64,000 nucleotides of DNA, taken from the NCBI GenBank assembly GCA_031414955.1, contig JANOQV010000164.1, forward strand, positions 1 through 64,000, written 5' to 3'. Of the stretch, positions 11,319 to 22,271 are shown in pieces. Origin of the DNA: Pedosphaera sp. (GTDB taxonomy: Bacteria; Verrucomicrobiota; Verrucomicrobiia; Limisphaerales; SIBH01). The first letter of the stretch is position 1; each line of letters begins with the position of its first letter. The position numbers and the translations under genes are program-made. The notes under the pieces are model-generated. The model ran no database searches, was not told where the DNA came from, and worked only from the letters and a program-made list of their open reading frames with translations.

Positions 11319-12293
11319 ATGAGCGAGCTTTATCCCTTCATGTTCACGCCGCACTTCAAGGAGCGCGTCTGGGGCGGACGCAACCTAGAGCGCCTTTACG
11401 GCAAGCCGTTGCCGCCGGGCCAGGTCATCGGCGAGTCGTGGGAAATCACCGACCGGCCCGAGGGCGTGAGCGTCATCGCCAACGGCCCGCTGGCCGGCAA
11501 GACGTTGCGCTGGCTCATGGAGAATCACGCGGGCGAATTGCTCGGTGCGGCGCGTGCGGACGTGAAGACCTTCCCGCTGCTCGTCAAAATTCTCGATGCG
11601 CAGGACAAGCTCTCGCTGCAAGTGCATCCGCCCGCCGCGAAGGCGAAAGAGTTCGAGGGCGAGCCTAAGACGGAGATGTGGTTCATCGCCGACGCCACGC
11701 CGAGCGCGGATTTGTTCGTGGGGCTCAAGCGCGGCGTCACGCGGGCGGACTTCGAGCGCAAGGTGGGCGACGGCACGGTGGCCGAGTGCTTCCATCACAT
11801 TCCGGTGAAGGCGGGCGACACGATGTTCCTGCCCAGCGGTCGCGTTCACACCATCGGCGCGGGCAATGTCATCTTCGAGATTCAGCAGAACTCGGACACG
11901 ACCTACCGCGTGTTCGACTGGAACCGCCTCGGCCTCGACGGCAAGCCGCGCGAGATGCACGTCGCGCAGTCGCTCGCCAGCATTGACTTCAACGACTTCG
12001 AGCCATCGCTGGTGAAGGGCGAATACTCGCGCAGTGAAGTCTTCTCCACGCGGTATCTGGTGGACGATCCGCTGTTCCGCACCAACGCCTGGCAGTTCAA
12101 AAGCGGCTCCCGTTTCTACGTGAGCAACAAGCTGCCGCAAATCTTCGGCGTCGTGCGTGGGCGCATGACCATCACCGCGAACGGCGTCGAGGTCGCGCTC
12201 AAAGCCGGAGACTTCTGCCTCGTGCCGGCGTCGGTCGGACGGGTGACGGTGCAGAGCGAGACGGCGGTGGAGTTGTTGCATGTGGAGTTCTGA
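11319..12293 (+). CDS. manA: mannose-6-phosphate isomerase, class I
   Basis: ERVWGG, IGESWEI, FPLLVKILDA..KLSLQVHP, KTEMW, EIQQNSDTTYR. Confidence 0.9.
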   Translation: MSELYPFMFTPHFKERVWGGRNLERLYGKPLPPGQVIGESWEITDRPEGVSVIANGPLAGKTLRWLMENHAGELLGAARADVKTFPLLVKILDAQDKLSLQVHPPAAKAKEFEGEPKTEMWFIADATPSADLFVGLKRGVTRADFERKVGDGTVAECFHHIPVKAGDTMFLPSGRVHTIGAGNVIFEIQQNSDTTYRVFDWNRLGLDGKPREMHVAQSLASIDFNDFEPSLVKGEYSRSEVFSTRYLVDDPLFRTNAWQFKSGSRFYVSNKLPQIFGVVRGRMTITANGVEVALKAGDFCLVPASVGRVTVQSETAVELLHVEF

Positions 12294-12473
12294 CCGGGCT
12301 CGGACATCTGAGTCCGCGTGTTCGTAACTTTCATCTGCATTCCACAGTTAACCGCACCATTAAGGTCGAGCGGCCCCGCCGGTCCGCGCTCTGCACGCTG
12401 AAGCGTGAACTCCAACGCTTGTCACCCGGTCCGCGCTGCTCCATCTTCCGGCCGTCGCCCTCGCGCGACTCAG

Positions 12474-12914
12474 ATGCCTGAAAAATTCAAACTCTTCATC
12501 CAGCGCTGGATCATCAGCACCGTGGCGGTGCTGGTGGCGACCTACGTCGTGCCCGGCATCAAGTACGGCAACTGGAAGGATCTGCTCGTCGCGACGCTGG
12601 TGCTCGGGCTGCTGAATGTTTTTCTGCGGCCCATCCTGATGCTGCTGTCCCTGCCGCTGCTGATTTTCACGCTGGGGCTGTTCACCATCGTCATCAACGC
12701 GCTCCTCCTCCTGCTCGTGAGCGCGCTGCTCGGCATGGAGCATTTCAAGGTGGACGGCTTCTGGTCAGCCTTCTGGGGCGCGCTGGTCATCAGCATTGTT
12801 TCCATGCTGCTCAACTCCTTCACCGGCTCCGGCACTTCACGCGTCACGGTGCATCGCGGCAAATCGCCCGGGTCCAACAAGGACGACGGCGACGGTCCGG
12901 TCATCGACGTGTGA
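12474..12914 (+). CDS. 4-TM membrane protein, YvlD/phage holin superfamily IV (DUF360)
   Basis: LGLLNVFLRPIL..LSLPL..FTLGLF..VINA, VDGFWSAFWGALVIS; ATG at 12474. Confidence 0.85.
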   Translation: MPEKFKLFIQRWIISTVAVLVATYVVPGIKYGNWKDLLVATLVLGLLNVFLRPILMLLSLPLLIFTLGLFTIVINALLLLLVSALLGMEHFKVDGFWSAFWGALVISIVSMLLNSFTGSGTSRVTVHRGKSPGSNKDDGDGPVIDV

Positions 12915-13012
12915 TGGTTCGGCGTGAATGCGCCCGATGGTTCGACCTTGTGCGCTCTGTTTCGCCGGGAGCGACTTGACTCCAGATCTCACCGCTACTT
13001 TCCACGGAGCCT

Positions 13013-16000
13013 CTACGGCACGCGCAGGCGATAAAACCGATTGGTCAACGCGGGCGCGTGATACGGGCTGGTCGCGGTCGGCACGATGTCCTGATACACG
13101 CCGTCCACGGCGGGCGCGTCCTGGAGGATTGCGCCGGGCGCGGCCCAGCGGACGACGGCCGCGTTGTTGGTGCGTTCGATGAACAGCTGCGGTGGCTCGT
13201 CGAAGAACGGCAGCACGGCGATCAGTTGCGCCGCAAAGGAGATGTCGGAACTGCCGAGGTTCGCCTGATGCACTTCCACCGCGAACACATTATCTCCGGG
13301 GTTCAGGCGATCGGTTAGCAGATCAATGGCCGGTTCATACACGTTGTCCGCGTCGGCTTGGGCGACTGTGGCCAGGCTGCTGTAGTTGATGACCGTGGGG
13401 AAGGCTTCCATGCGGAGGCGATTCACTTCCACGCCGTTGAGGTAAAACACCGCGCCGTCATCCATCAACGAACGCACCCGCAGGCGGGCGCCGGCAGACG
13501 GCCCGGGCAACTGGAAGTGCGTGCGGAAATAGTAGGCGCTGCTGATTTCGGGCGCGGCGGGCGGGTTGGTCAGGTTGAGCATCGTGCGTACGGGCTCGTT
13601 GTTCGGACCGACCACGGTTCGGCCGGAGGGACGCTTGGCGTCGAAGAGTGCGGGCCCATTCGTCCACGGCTCCAGCACGTCGCAGAACCCGGGCGCGGGC
13701 CAGCCGGTGCCGGGATCGGAGTTGGATTGGAAATAGTTCCAGAGCTGGTTGTCGCCCGCGACCAGCACGAGTTCGGTGGCGATGGGAATGGTACTGTTGG
13801 GCGCGATGGTGTTGGCGAAGGGATCCTGCACGTTGTTCACGATGAGCGTGTAATTGACCGAGGTCGCGCGCGGGGCGGTGCGCAGGATCACGGTGCCCGC
13901 GTTGGAAAGCGACACGCTTAGCACGGCCAGCGATCCCGTGGCCGAGACGACCTGATAGTTGGCGGCGAGGACGGCGCCTCCCGCCACGAGCGGCTCCGAG
14001 AATGTCACCACCACGTTCGTGCCGGTGAGTGTGCTTATCGCCTCGACCAGCAGCGGCGGCGCACCATCGGCGAGGTAGGAAACGACCGCCGTCCGGCTGG
14101 TCACCACTCCGAAGGCGTTGCTGACGAGGCAGAAGTAATTGCCCGCATTGGCGAGGGCCATGTTGCTGATGGTGAGCGTGGCCTGGGTGAAGGCGGGTTG
14201 AAACACGCTGTCCTTAAACCAGCGATACGTCACCGGCGCGGACACGGCGATGGCGGGTGCCAGGGTGGTGGAGCGCCCCTGCAACACCGTGCGGTTGGTG
14301 GGCTGGGCGGCATCGACCACGGCGGGCGGGAAGCCCAGGCGCGCGTCGAGCCTCAGGCCGAAGACCACGTCGCTGCTCGAGTCGCTCTGCTGATGCACTT
14401 GCACCGCCAGCACGTTGTCGCCGGCCAGCAGGCTGTTGGTCGGGAAGACGAGCGTCTCGTAGTTCGTCGCGTCGCCGTTGGGCGGCGGAGTGCTGAGAGC
14501 CAGATCAGTGCGCAGCGGGTTCGGGTTCATGCGCAGGCGACCCACTTCCATTCCGTTCAACCAGAAGACCGCGCCGTCATCGACGAGGTTGGAGGCGGTC
14601 AGAATGACTCCCGCGCCGGGATTGGTCGGGAAATTGAAATGGATGCGGAAGTAGAACCCGCGAATGCGCGCGCCATTGAAGGTCAGCGGGAGGGACGTGC
14701 TCTTCGGCTCCGGCAAGGTCGCCGTCTCGTTGTAGAACAATCCCGGCGACGGCCCCAGCCAGCCCGGCTCGCCATAGGCGGCGTTGGTCCAGGCGGTGCC
14801 GAAGTCATTCGTCGTGGCGTCGTAGCGCCAGTTGCTGGTGAACGAGATGAGCGCGAACTCCTGCGCCGCTCCCGGCGAGACGGTGATGGTGACAGGTGCG
14901 GAGGTGGCCCGCAGGCCGCTCGTGTCGGTGGCGATGGCGCGGAGGACATGGGAGCCCGCCGGGGCGTTGCTCCAGGTAAGGGTGTACGGCAATGATGGCA
15001 CGACACCCAGGCTGCCGGCCCCCGCGAAAAATTCCACCTGCGTCACGGCGTTGTCCGCGTCGATGGCCGTGGCGCTGATCGGCACGTTCGCTCCCACCGC
15101 GAACACGTTGCCCTCCAGCGGAGCCGTGATGCTGACAGCGGGCGGGTTGTCGTTGTCGAAGATGGTGGCCGCGCCTTGCTTGGTGATCAACGTCGCGTTC
15201 GTGGCATTGGTCAAGTTGAGGAAAAATATCTCGTGCGGTTCCGGCAGTGTGTCACCCGGCACGGGCACGGACACGGCTACCAGTGTTTGCCCCGGCGTGA
15301 ACTGCGCGACGCCGGAGCGCGGCACGAAGTCCACGACCGACTGCGCGCTGCCGGCGGCGGTCGAATACGCGACCGTGACCGTGTTCGTGGCCGCGAACGT
15401 CAGGGCGATGTTGAACACGGCGAAGTTGGTGCCGGAGTTCCCTTCGAGCACGGTGGCGTCCTGAACCAGCAACTCCGGTGTGCCGACCACCTGGCCGAGC
15501 GCCAGCTTCCACGCGCCCCGTCCGAGCGTGCCCGCCACCAGCACTTCGTCACCGGCATGGAAATCGAGGTCATAGACCGGGGCGGCGGGGAGCGCACCGC
15601 CAAGCCGCACCCAAGTGCCGGGCGTGCTCAGCAGCGAGGAAAAAACTCCGTTCAGCGTGGCCACCGCAATGGCCCGCGCCCCGCCGAGGCGGATGAATTG
15701 AATCGCGTGGAAGTCCTGCACTCCGGCGAGGTCGCCCGTGATGTCCGCCCAGCTCCCGCCCGCGTTGGCGGTGGTGAAAACCTGGTCGCTGTCGATCACG
15801 AAGGCCGTCCGCCAGTCATCAGGATCGAGTGAGATGTCGCGCGGCGTGCCGCCGGCGTAGGCCGCCGAGGCGAGCATCAGTCCGCCGGCATTGGTGCGGA
15901 TGAAAATCCGGGCGGATGAGCCGGCGTAGAGAACGTCGGCATTGGTGACTCCGCCGCTGCGCCCGCCGTAAGCCATGGCGGTGTTGTTGATGCCATTGGT

Positions 16001-17968
16001 CAGCACGACCTCGCTGATGTTGTTCCCCTGGTCCAACGACTCATAGAGGTTTGACGAGCTGCCGAAAATCAGCCGCCGTCCATCCACCGCGTTCACGCGC
16101 ACGGGCGTGACAAACAGCTTGCGAAACGGGCCGATGCCATTGGTCAGCGTCAGCGCGGGGAACACCGTGCCGGTGACCACGTTGTTGGAGTTGTAGGTGC
16201 GGCGGCGGAAGGAGCCGAGATTCTGAAAACTCGAGTACTGCACTGAGAAGCCGGGCGTGCTGATCACGTCCACCGCCACGTCGCCTCCGTCGGCGGTCGA
16301 GACGCTCAGCCACGGCGTGGTGCCGGGCGCGATTTGTCGGGGCGTGCCGGTGTCCTGCGCGCCGCCGACGCAAACGTTGGCGTTCGCGTCGTAGGCCACG
16401 TCGTGGAATTCCGTGACCCCGAGGTTGCCGATGACCGAGAACCAGTCGCCCCCGTTGCTTTGCGGGCTGGTGCGTTTGTAAACCCCGCCGTCGTCGCCCT
16501 CGATCAAGTTGCCCGCCGCGTCGAAGGCCATGTCGCGCGAGTCGGCGTGCGGCGAACTGATGGAGAGCGTTCCACCGCCCGGAGCGCCGAGCGCGCTGGA
16601 GTGAGTCAGATGCACCCATTGGCTGCCGGGCGCCTGCGAGGCGTCGCCACGGAAGAGCCGGCCGGAATAGTCCACGGCCCCGATGGAATTTGGAAAGCCG
16701 CCCGTGTCGCCGAAGGAGGTCGGCTGCCGGTCGCCCCCGACGTAAACAAGATTGGTGTTCGCCGGGTCGGCCGCGATGGAGAAATGAATCGAACCTTGGC
16801 CACCGGGATCGCCGTCGCCTTTCGGATTCGGATTGATGCCGACGTCGGTGCCGTTCTCGTTCGTCTGGGGAATGTCCATTTGCTGCCAGTTGGCGCCGGC
16901 GTTGGCGGTGCGAAACAAGCCAGCCAGCCGACCGCTGTTGAGAATACCAATGTAGAAAACTCCCTGCGCGCTGACGTTCATGCGCATATTGCTCGTGGTG
17001 GCCGAGGAGATGAGCGCATCAATGGTCGGGTTGCTCACCCGCACCCAGGTCGCGCCGCGATCCGCCGAACGGTAGATGCCGTTCACTCCACCAACCGTGT
17101 CTGCCTGCGTGAGCGCCGTGTAGATCACATTGAGGTTCGATGGGTCGCCCGCGAGGTCGTAGGCCGCCCCGCCGGGCAGTCCCGTCGTGGCACCGTTGCC
17201 AGTCGAGACCTGGGTGAAGGTCGCACCGAAATTGGTGCTGCGGAAAATGCCCGAGTTGCCCAGGCCGCCGGCATCCGACGTGTTCACCGCCACCACGATC
17301 ACGTTGCTCCGCGCCACGAGGCCGGAAATGTTTTTGCCCGTGAGCAACCCGCCGCCAGCGACCTCGGTCCAGGTGTCGCCGCCGTCGGTGGTGCGTTGCA
17401 AGCCCGTGCGGGCGCCACCCGCGCGACCGAAGCTGCTGAAACGTCCGACTCCCGCCCAGACCGTGTTGAAAGCCGGATCGAGGAGGTCAAACGCCAGCGC
17501 CCCAATCGACAGCGACGAGAGCTGATCGGTCAGCGGTGTCCAGGACGGACTGGCCGCCGCCGCGTTGCGCGTTCGCCAGACACCGCCGTTGGCCCCTCCG
17601 ACGAAGAGCGTGTTGGGATCGGTGGGATGGGGCGCGACGGCGTTGATCGCCCCCACCACTTCGTTGTTGGGCGAGATGTGTTCCACCTGGCCGCTGCGGG
17701 ATGGCCCCGGCCCTTGGGGCGTCCAGGTGCCGCCGAGAAGGTTCGTAGGGCCGAGCGCCGGCCCGCCGCTGGATTTCAAAGGCCAGACGGTCGGCACGGT
17801 GATGGTCGGCGCGAAGTCGTCATCCGGCGGCGCAGTTGGTTCCGCCGCAGAGGCCAGACGGGGCAGCAGCAAGACCAGCAGGCTGAAGCTGATCAAGTGC
17901 CGCCGCACCAGGGTGGTCGCGCGCCAGCTGTAAGATTTTCCGAAGTAGAACGACTGGATTGTTTCCAT
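13013..17968 (-). CDS. large secreted protein: Asp-box/BNR beta-propeller, Calx-beta, Ig-like domains, two jelly-roll-like domains, FYR C-terminal domain
   Basis: signal peptide ending LASAA; Asp-boxes RTTDGGDTW, RSTNFGATF, RSADRGATW, RTANAGANW; Calx-beta (VLEGNSG...PEPHEIFFLNL); repeated DDGAVFxLNGxEVxRLRM; ends NRFYRLRVP. Confidence 0.85.
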   Translation of the reverse strand: METIQSFYFGKSYSWRATTLVRRHLISFSLLVLLLPRLASAAEPTAPPDDDFAPTITVPTVWPLKSSGGPALGPTNLLGGTWTPQGPGPSRSGQVEHISPNNEVVGAINAVAPHPTDPNTLFVGGANGGVWRTRNAAAASPSWTPLTDQLSSLSIGALAFDLLDPAFNTVWAGVGRFSSFGRAGGARTGLQRTTDGGDTWTEVAGGGLLTGKNISGLVARSNVIVVAVNTSDAGGLGNSGIFRSTNFGATFTQVSTGNGATTGLPGGAAYDLAGDPSNLNVIYTALTQADTVGGVNGIYRSADRGATWVRVSNPTIDALISSATTSNMRMNVSAQGVFYIGILNSGRLAGLFRTANAGANWQQMDIPQTNENGTDVGINPNPKGDGDPGGQGSIHFSIAADPANTNLVYVGGDRQPTSFGDTGGFPNSIGAVDYSGRLFRGDASQAPGSQWVHLTHSSALGAPGGGTLSISSPHADSRDMAFDAAGNLIEGDDGGVYKRTSPQSNGGDWFSVIGNLGVTEFHDVAYDANANVCVGGAQDTGTPRQIAPGTTPWLSVSTADGGDVAVDVISTPGFSVQYSSFQNLGSFRRRTYNSNNVVTGTVFPALTLTNGIGPFRKLFVTPVRVNAVDGRRLIFGSSSNLYESLDQGNNISEVVLTNGINNTAMAYGGRSGGVTNADVLYAGSSARIFIRTNAGGLMLASAAYAGGTPRDISLDPDDWRTAFVIDSDQVFTTANAGGSWADITGDLAGVQDFHAIQFIRLGGARAIAVATLNGVFSSLLSTPGTWVRLGGALPAAPVYDLDFHAGDEVLVAGTLGRGAWKLALGQVVGTPELLVQDATVLEGNSGTNFAVFNIALTFAATNTVTVAYSTAAGSAQSVVDFVPRSGVAQFTPGQTLVAVSVPVPGDTLPEPHEIFFLNLTNATNATLITKQGAATIFDNDNPPAVSITAPLEGNVFAVGANVPISATAIDADNAVTQVEFFAGAGSLGVVPSLPYTLTWSNAPAGSHVLRAIATDTSGLRATSAPVTITVSPGAAQEFALISFTSNWRYDATTNDFGTAWTNAAYGEPGWLGPSPGLFYNETATLPEPKSTSLPLTFNGARIRGFYFRIHFNFPTNPGAGVILTASNLVDDGAVFWLNGMEVGRLRMNPNPLRTDLALSTPPPNGDATNYETLVFPTNSLLAGDNVLAVQVHQQSDSSSDVVFGLRLDARLGFPPAVVDAAQPTNRTVLQGRSTTLAPAIAVSAPVTYRWFKDSVFQPAFTQATLTISNMALANAGNYFCLVSNAFGVVTSRTAVVSYLADGAPPLLVEAISTLTGTNVVVTFSEPLVAGGAVLAANYQVVSATGSLAVLSVSLSNAGTVILRTAPRATSVNYTLIVNNVQDPFANTIAPNSTIPIATELVLVAGDNQLWNYFQSNSDPGTGWPAPGFCDVLEPWTNGPALFDAKRPSGRTVVGPNNEPVRTMLNLTNPPAAPEISSAYYFRTHFQLPGPSAGARLRVRSLMDDGAVFYLNGVEVNRLRMEAFPTVINYSSLATVAQADADNVYEPAIDLLTDRLNPGDNVFAVEVHQANLGSSDISFAAQLIAVLPFFDEPPQLFIERTNNAAVVRWAAPGAILQDAPAVDGVYQDIVPTATSPYHAPALTNRFYRLRVP

Positions 17969-18143
17969 GATGATTTTTTGGTTTTTCGGATCGCCAAACG
18001 ATCCGCTGAGAATGAGCCTTCCGGCACGCTAGCCGTCCATTCGCCTCGCTTGTCAACACCTCATTTCCTTGATCCGACCAACAGTTACGCAGAGCAGGAT
18101 TGCCCTGCGCGCCGATTTCGTGCTTACTTGCTTCCTGATATCC

Positions 18144-18896
18144 ATGGCAACTTTCGAGTCTGAAGCCGGCTCCATCGCTCCGCTCGGGCGGGCCTTTGCC
18201 ACGACGCACTGGAGCATGGTGCTGCTGGCCGGACAGGAGTCGTCGTCCGCCGCCACCGCCGCGCTGGAGGAATTGTGCCGCACCTACTGGTATCCGCTTT
18301 ACGCCTTCGTCCGCCGGCAGGGGCATGACGCCTCGGCCGCGCAGGATTTGACCCAGGAGTTTTTCTCCCGGCTGCTGGCGGCGAATTGGCTGGAATCGGT
18401 GGATCGTAGCAAGGGCAAGTTCCGCTCCTTCCTGCTGGCCTCGATGAAGAACTTCCTGGCCAACGAATGGGACCGGACCCAGGCGCAGAAGCGCGGCGGC
18501 GGCCTGGTGCATTTCTCCCTTGATGCTGTGACCGCGGAGGAACGGTATCAACTCGACCCGGCGGATGAGTTGACTCCTGAGAAAATCTTCGCGCGCCGCT
18601 GGGCGGAGACAGTTATTGATGCCGTGACCCTGAAGTTGCAGGAGGAATTCGCGGGGGCAGAGATGGCGCGGCGCTTCGGGGTCTTAAAAGTATTTCTCCT
18701 GGCCGGCGACGAGCCTCCGAGCTACGCGGAAGTGGCGCAACAGTTGGAAATGTCCGAAGGCGCGACGCGCACGGCCATTTACCGGATGCGCCAGCGTTAC
18801 GGCGAATTGTTTCGCGCCGAGATCGCGAAGACGGTGAGCGGGCCGACGGAACTGGAGGAGGAAGTCCGCGAATTCTTCGCGGCGCTGGGCGGCTGA
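18144..18896 (+). CDS. ECF sigma-70 factor of the Ser/Thr-kinase-associated type
   Basis: [10 protein letters not shown]-terminal motif, [30 protein letters not shown], sigma4 [19 protein letters not shown]; adjacent to kinases. Confidence 0.9.
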   Translation: MATFESEAGSIAPLGRAFATTHWSMVLLAGQESSSAATAALEELCRTYWYPLYAFVRRQGHDASAAQDLTQEFFSRLLAANWLESVDRSKGKFRSFLLASMKNFLANEWDRTQAQKRGGGLVHFSLDAVTAEERYQLDPADELTPEKIFARRWAETVIDAVTLKLQEEFAGAEMARRFGVLKVFLLAGDEPPSYAEVAQQLEMSEGATRTAIYRMRQRYGELFRAEIAKTVSGPTELEEEVREFFAALGG

Positions 18897-19021
18897 AGGC
18901 GGGAGCCGAATCAGGCGCACGCCACCTCCCCGCGCGCGAGACCATCATTTTCCCGAGAACTTTCCGCCAAAAATCTTTCTGTAACAAGCGCAGGGAAAGA
19001 CGAGAGATTACCACTCCCTCC

Positions 19022-22000
19022 ATGCTTGCATCACATACATGTCCGCAGTGCGGGGCACCGGTGGCCGGGAGCGCCGTGGCCGGGCTGTGCCGCAAATGCC
19101 TCCTGCTCGGACTGCTCAGCGGCCTGGGCGCACCCGCTGATTCCGGCCTGCCCGGTGGAGTCGTTCATTCCTTCGGCGAATACGAGCTGCTCGGCGAGAT
19201 TGCGCGCGGGGGCATGGGCGTGGTGTATCGGGCCCGGCTCAAGTCGCTCAACCGCGTGGTCGCGCTCAAGGTGATCCAGGCGGGGCGCCTGGCCAGCACG
19301 GCGGAGGTCAAACGCTTCCAAATCGAAGCCGAGGCCGCCGCCCGGCTGGAACATCCGAACATCGTGCCCATCTACGAGGTGGGCGAGCATGACGCCCGGC
19401 CGTACTTCACCATGAAGCTGGTCGAGGGCGGGAGCCTGGCGGATGGAATGCATAAGGCAGAAGGAGGAAGGCAGAAACCGGATGCCGGCCGCCCGCCCTC
19501 GGTGCCGCTTCTGCATCGTTCATTCACCCTGCTGCATTTCTGCAAAGTAGCCCGCGCGGTTCACTACGCGCATCAGCGCGGGATTCTGCATCGCGACCTC
19601 AAACCAGCGAACATTCTCCTCGACGCGCAGGGGGAGCCGCACGTCACCGACTTCGGACTGGCCAAGCAATTGGAAAGCGTGGCGGATCTGACTTTGAGCG
19701 GAGCGGTGATCGGCACGCCGAGTTACATGGCGCCAGAGCAGGCGGCGGGGCGGAACAAGGAAGTCACGACGGCGGCGGACGTGTATAGCCTGGGCGCGAT
19801 TCTCTACGAACTGCTGGCCGGTCGTCCGCCCTTCCAGGCCGACACGCCGCTGGCCACAATGCGGATGGTGCTCGAGGAGGAGCCGGTGCCGCCCAGCCGG
19901 GTGAGGGGAGGGCAGAAGGAAGAAAGAAGAAGGAAGAAACGGAACGAGCGGGGAAGTTTGCAACCTTCCCATACATCCTTCTCCCTTCAGCCTTCAGCGT
20001 TCACCGATCTGGAAACGATCTGCCTGAAGTGCCTGCAGAAAGATCCGGGGCAGCGCTACGTTTCGGCCGAGGCCCTGGCGGAGGACGTGGAGCGGTGGCT
20101 GCGGCACGAACCGATTGAGGCCCGGCCGAGCACAGTGCGGGAGCGGACGGTGAAGTGGACGAGGCGGCACCCGGCGCGGGCGGGATTGATAGCGGTGAGC
20201 GCGGCGGCGGCGCTGGGGTTTGTCCTGCTCCTGCTGGTCAGCGGGCAGCGTCTCCAGCGCGAGCGCAACCTCGCGGTGGCCCAGGAGCGCATCACCCAGG
20301 AGAATCTTTACGCGGCGGACATCCTCCTGACCCAGCGCGCGCTCGACGAGGGCAACATCGGCCTCGCGCGGCGCACGCTCGAAGCGCACGTTCCCGCGGC
20401 GGGCCGGCGGGATTTACGCGGCTTCGAATGGGGGTACTTCTGGAAGCTTTCCCAGGGCAATGGGCAACACATCCTGCCGGGACACGCGGGCGGATCCGCC
20501 TCCGTCGCCTTCTCGCCCGACGGCGCACTGCTCGCCTCGGGCGGGGCTGATCACACGATCAAACTCTGGCGTGTGGCCGGTCGCGAACTGACCGCCACTA
20601 TCGACACCGGCACGAACGTGGTGGAGGCGCTGACCTTCGCCTCGGATGGCCGGCAGCTTGCCGCCGCCACCGCCGATGGCTCGGTGAAGCTCTGGGATTG
20701 GAAGGCGTCCAGAATTGTTTTTCCTTTTCGCCTGACGCCGGGCGAGGTCGCCTTTTCGCCGGGACTCAACTCTTTCGCCATCGCCACCGCCGCACCGTTT
20801 CAAGGTGTGGCCGGTCATGTCATGCGCGTTTACCAAATGCGACGCGGCACCGAGACCTCGGCTTTCGTCGATGCCACGGGCCAGGCCGCCTTTTCCCATG
20901 ACGGAAATATCCTCGCCACCAGCACCAGCACCAATCTCAAGCTCTGGTCGTTGATCACGAAAAAGGAACTGCGTTCCCTGCCTGGCTCGTCGCCCTCGGC
21001 GGCGCTCGCCTTCTCGCCAGATGATGGCTGGCTGGCGAGTTTCACGACCGAGGGCCGCACGGTGCAGCTTTGGGGTGTGCAGGCCCATGCGCTCGCCGGT
21101 GAATTCCAGGGCCACAGCGGAAGAATCCTGGCCGTGGCGTTTTCGCCGGACAGTGCGCGACTGGCCACGGCCGGCGCCGACCAGTCCGTGCGGCTCTGGG
21201 ACGTGGCCACGCGGCGGGAACTGGCCTGCCTGCGCGGGCATGGCAGCGAAGTGCGGGCGGTCGCGTTCTCGCCCAACGGCGCGACTCTGGCCAGCGCGGG
21301 CAAGGACGGGACGGTGCGCCTTTGGAACGCCGCGCCGCCCACTCACGAAGCTCCAGCCACGAACGCCTTCCCGCCACTCATCCTTTCCGCCAACGGCGCA
21401 CGGCTCGCCACGCTCTCCGAGCGCACCCGGGCCACCAACACTCCCGTCGTGATCTGGGATGTGGCGCGGGGCCAGGCGTCGGTCACGCTCGCCGCCGGAT
21501 ATTTTCACGAAGCCGCCTTCTCCGCGGACGGGCTAACTCTGATCACCATTGCGCGGCGGGCCCCGGGCGATGTGCTGCGCGCCAATCATTGGGATGTGGC
21601 GCAAGGCGTGAATGTGCGGAAGGTGAATCTCATGCAGGACAAGAAGGCCCGCACCGCCCGCGCCCTTTCGGCCGATGGTCGGGTGCTGGCGGAGTCGCTG
21701 CAAGCCGGCTCCATCGTCCTCGCGGACACCGCCACCGGACAGTCGCTCGGGGCGCTCCCGGGATTTGGGGACAGCATCCGCCTGATGTTTTTCTCGCGCG
21801 ATGGCCGCACCTTGGTCTCAGCGGGGACGAAAGGTGAAGTCACGCTGTGGGATGTTTTCACCCGGGCCGCCCGCAGCCGGTTTCAAGCCGGAACCGAACC
21901 GGTGGTCGCGGCCGCGCTTTCGCCGGACGCGCGGACGTTCGCGCACGGTGGCGGCGACAATCAGATCCATCTCCGCGATGCGATCACCGGCGCGGAGCAA

Positions 22001-22249
22001 TTTGTCCTGACTGGGCACCGCGAACCTGTTTCCTGCCTCGCCGTCTCGACGGATGGACGCACGCTCGCCTCCTCCAGCGCCGACGGCTCGTTGAAGCTCT
22101 GGAGCCTGGCCGCGCGTCGCGAGATGGCGACGCTGGAACAAAGTTCACCTGCCGACGCGATCCTCTTCACGCCCGATGGGCAAACCATGATGACAGTTCA
22201 TCGCAACGGCCGGCTGCGCTTCTGGCGGGCGCCAGCGGTCAACCCATGA
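19022..22249 (+). CDS. Hanks-type Ser/Thr protein kinase with N-terminal Cys motif, TM helix and WD40 repeats
   Basis: CPQCG...[68 protein letters not shown].....VRLW repeats. Confidence 0.95.
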   Translation: MLASHTCPQCGAPVAGSAVAGLCRKCLLLGLLSGLGAPADSGLPGGVVHSFGEYELLGEIARGGMGVVYRARLKSLNRVVALKVIQAGRLASTAEVKRFQIEAEAAARLEHPNIVPIYEVGEHDARPYFTMKLVEGGSLADGMHKAEGGRQKPDAGRPPSVPLLHRSFTLLHFCKVARAVHYAHQRGILHRDLKPANILLDAQGEPHVTDFGLAKQLESVADLTLSGAVIGTPSYMAPEQAAGRNKEVTTAADVYSLGAILYELLAGRPPFQADTPLATMRMVLEEEPVPPSRVRGGQKEERRRKKRNERGSLQPSHTSFSLQPSAFTDLETICLKCLQKDPGQRYVSAEALAEDVERWLRHEPIEARPSTVRERTVKWTRRHPARAGLIAVSAAAALGFVLLLLVSGQRLQRERNLAVAQERITQENLYAADILLTQRALDEGNIGLARRTLEAHVPAAGRRDLRGFEWGYFWKLSQGNGQHILPGHAGGSASVAFSPDGALLASGGADHTIKLWRVAGRELTATIDTGTNVVEALTFASDGRQLAAATADGSVKLWDWKASRIVFPFRLTPGEVAFSPGLNSFAIATAAPFQGVAGHVMRVYQMRRGTETSAFVDATGQAAFSHDGNILATSTSTNLKLWSLITKKELRSLPGSSPSAALAFSPDDGWLASFTTEGRTVQLWGVQAHALAGEFQGHSGRILAVAFSPDSARLATAGADQSVRLWDVATRRELACLRGHGSEVRAVAFSPNGATLASAGKDGTVRLWNAAPPTHEAPATNAFPPLILSANGARLATLSERTRATNTPVVIWDVARGQASVTLAAGYFHEAAFSADGLTLITIARRAPGDVLRANHWDVAQGVNVRKVNLMQDKKARTARALSADGRVLAESLQAGSIVLADTATGQSLGALPGFGDSIRLMFFSRDGRTLVSAGTKGEVTLWDVFTRAARSRFQAGTEPVVAAALSPDARTFAHGGGDNQIHLRDAITGAEQFVLTGHREPVSCLAVSTDGRTLASSSADGSLKLWSLAARREMATLEQSSPADAILFTPDGQTMMTVHRNGRLRFWRAPAVNP
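19445..19543. repeat. in-frame imperfect palindrome of heptamer repeats (GAAGGCA-type), kinase 1 loop A
   Basis: gaatgca-taaggca-gaaggag-gaaggca-gaaa ... gcttctg-catcgtt-cattcac-cctgctg-catttctg. Confidence 0.6.
19901..20002. repeat. in-frame imperfect palindrome of heptamer repeats (GAAGGAA/CCTTCAG-type), kinase 1 loop B
   Basis: gaaggaa-gaaagaa-gaaggaa-gaaa ... ccttctc-ccttcag-ccttcag-cgttc. Confidence 0.7.
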
Positions 22250-22271
22250 GTTCAACCGTGAAGGAGCGACG

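Noticed and set aside
12385..12415. Single REP-like arm CACGCTGAAGCGTGAACTCC
   Set aside because: Only one arm and no clear partner; too weak to call as an element.
12474..12914. Phage holin as evidence of a prophage
   Set aside because: This family is a common chromosomal membrane protein, and no phage genes are nearby.
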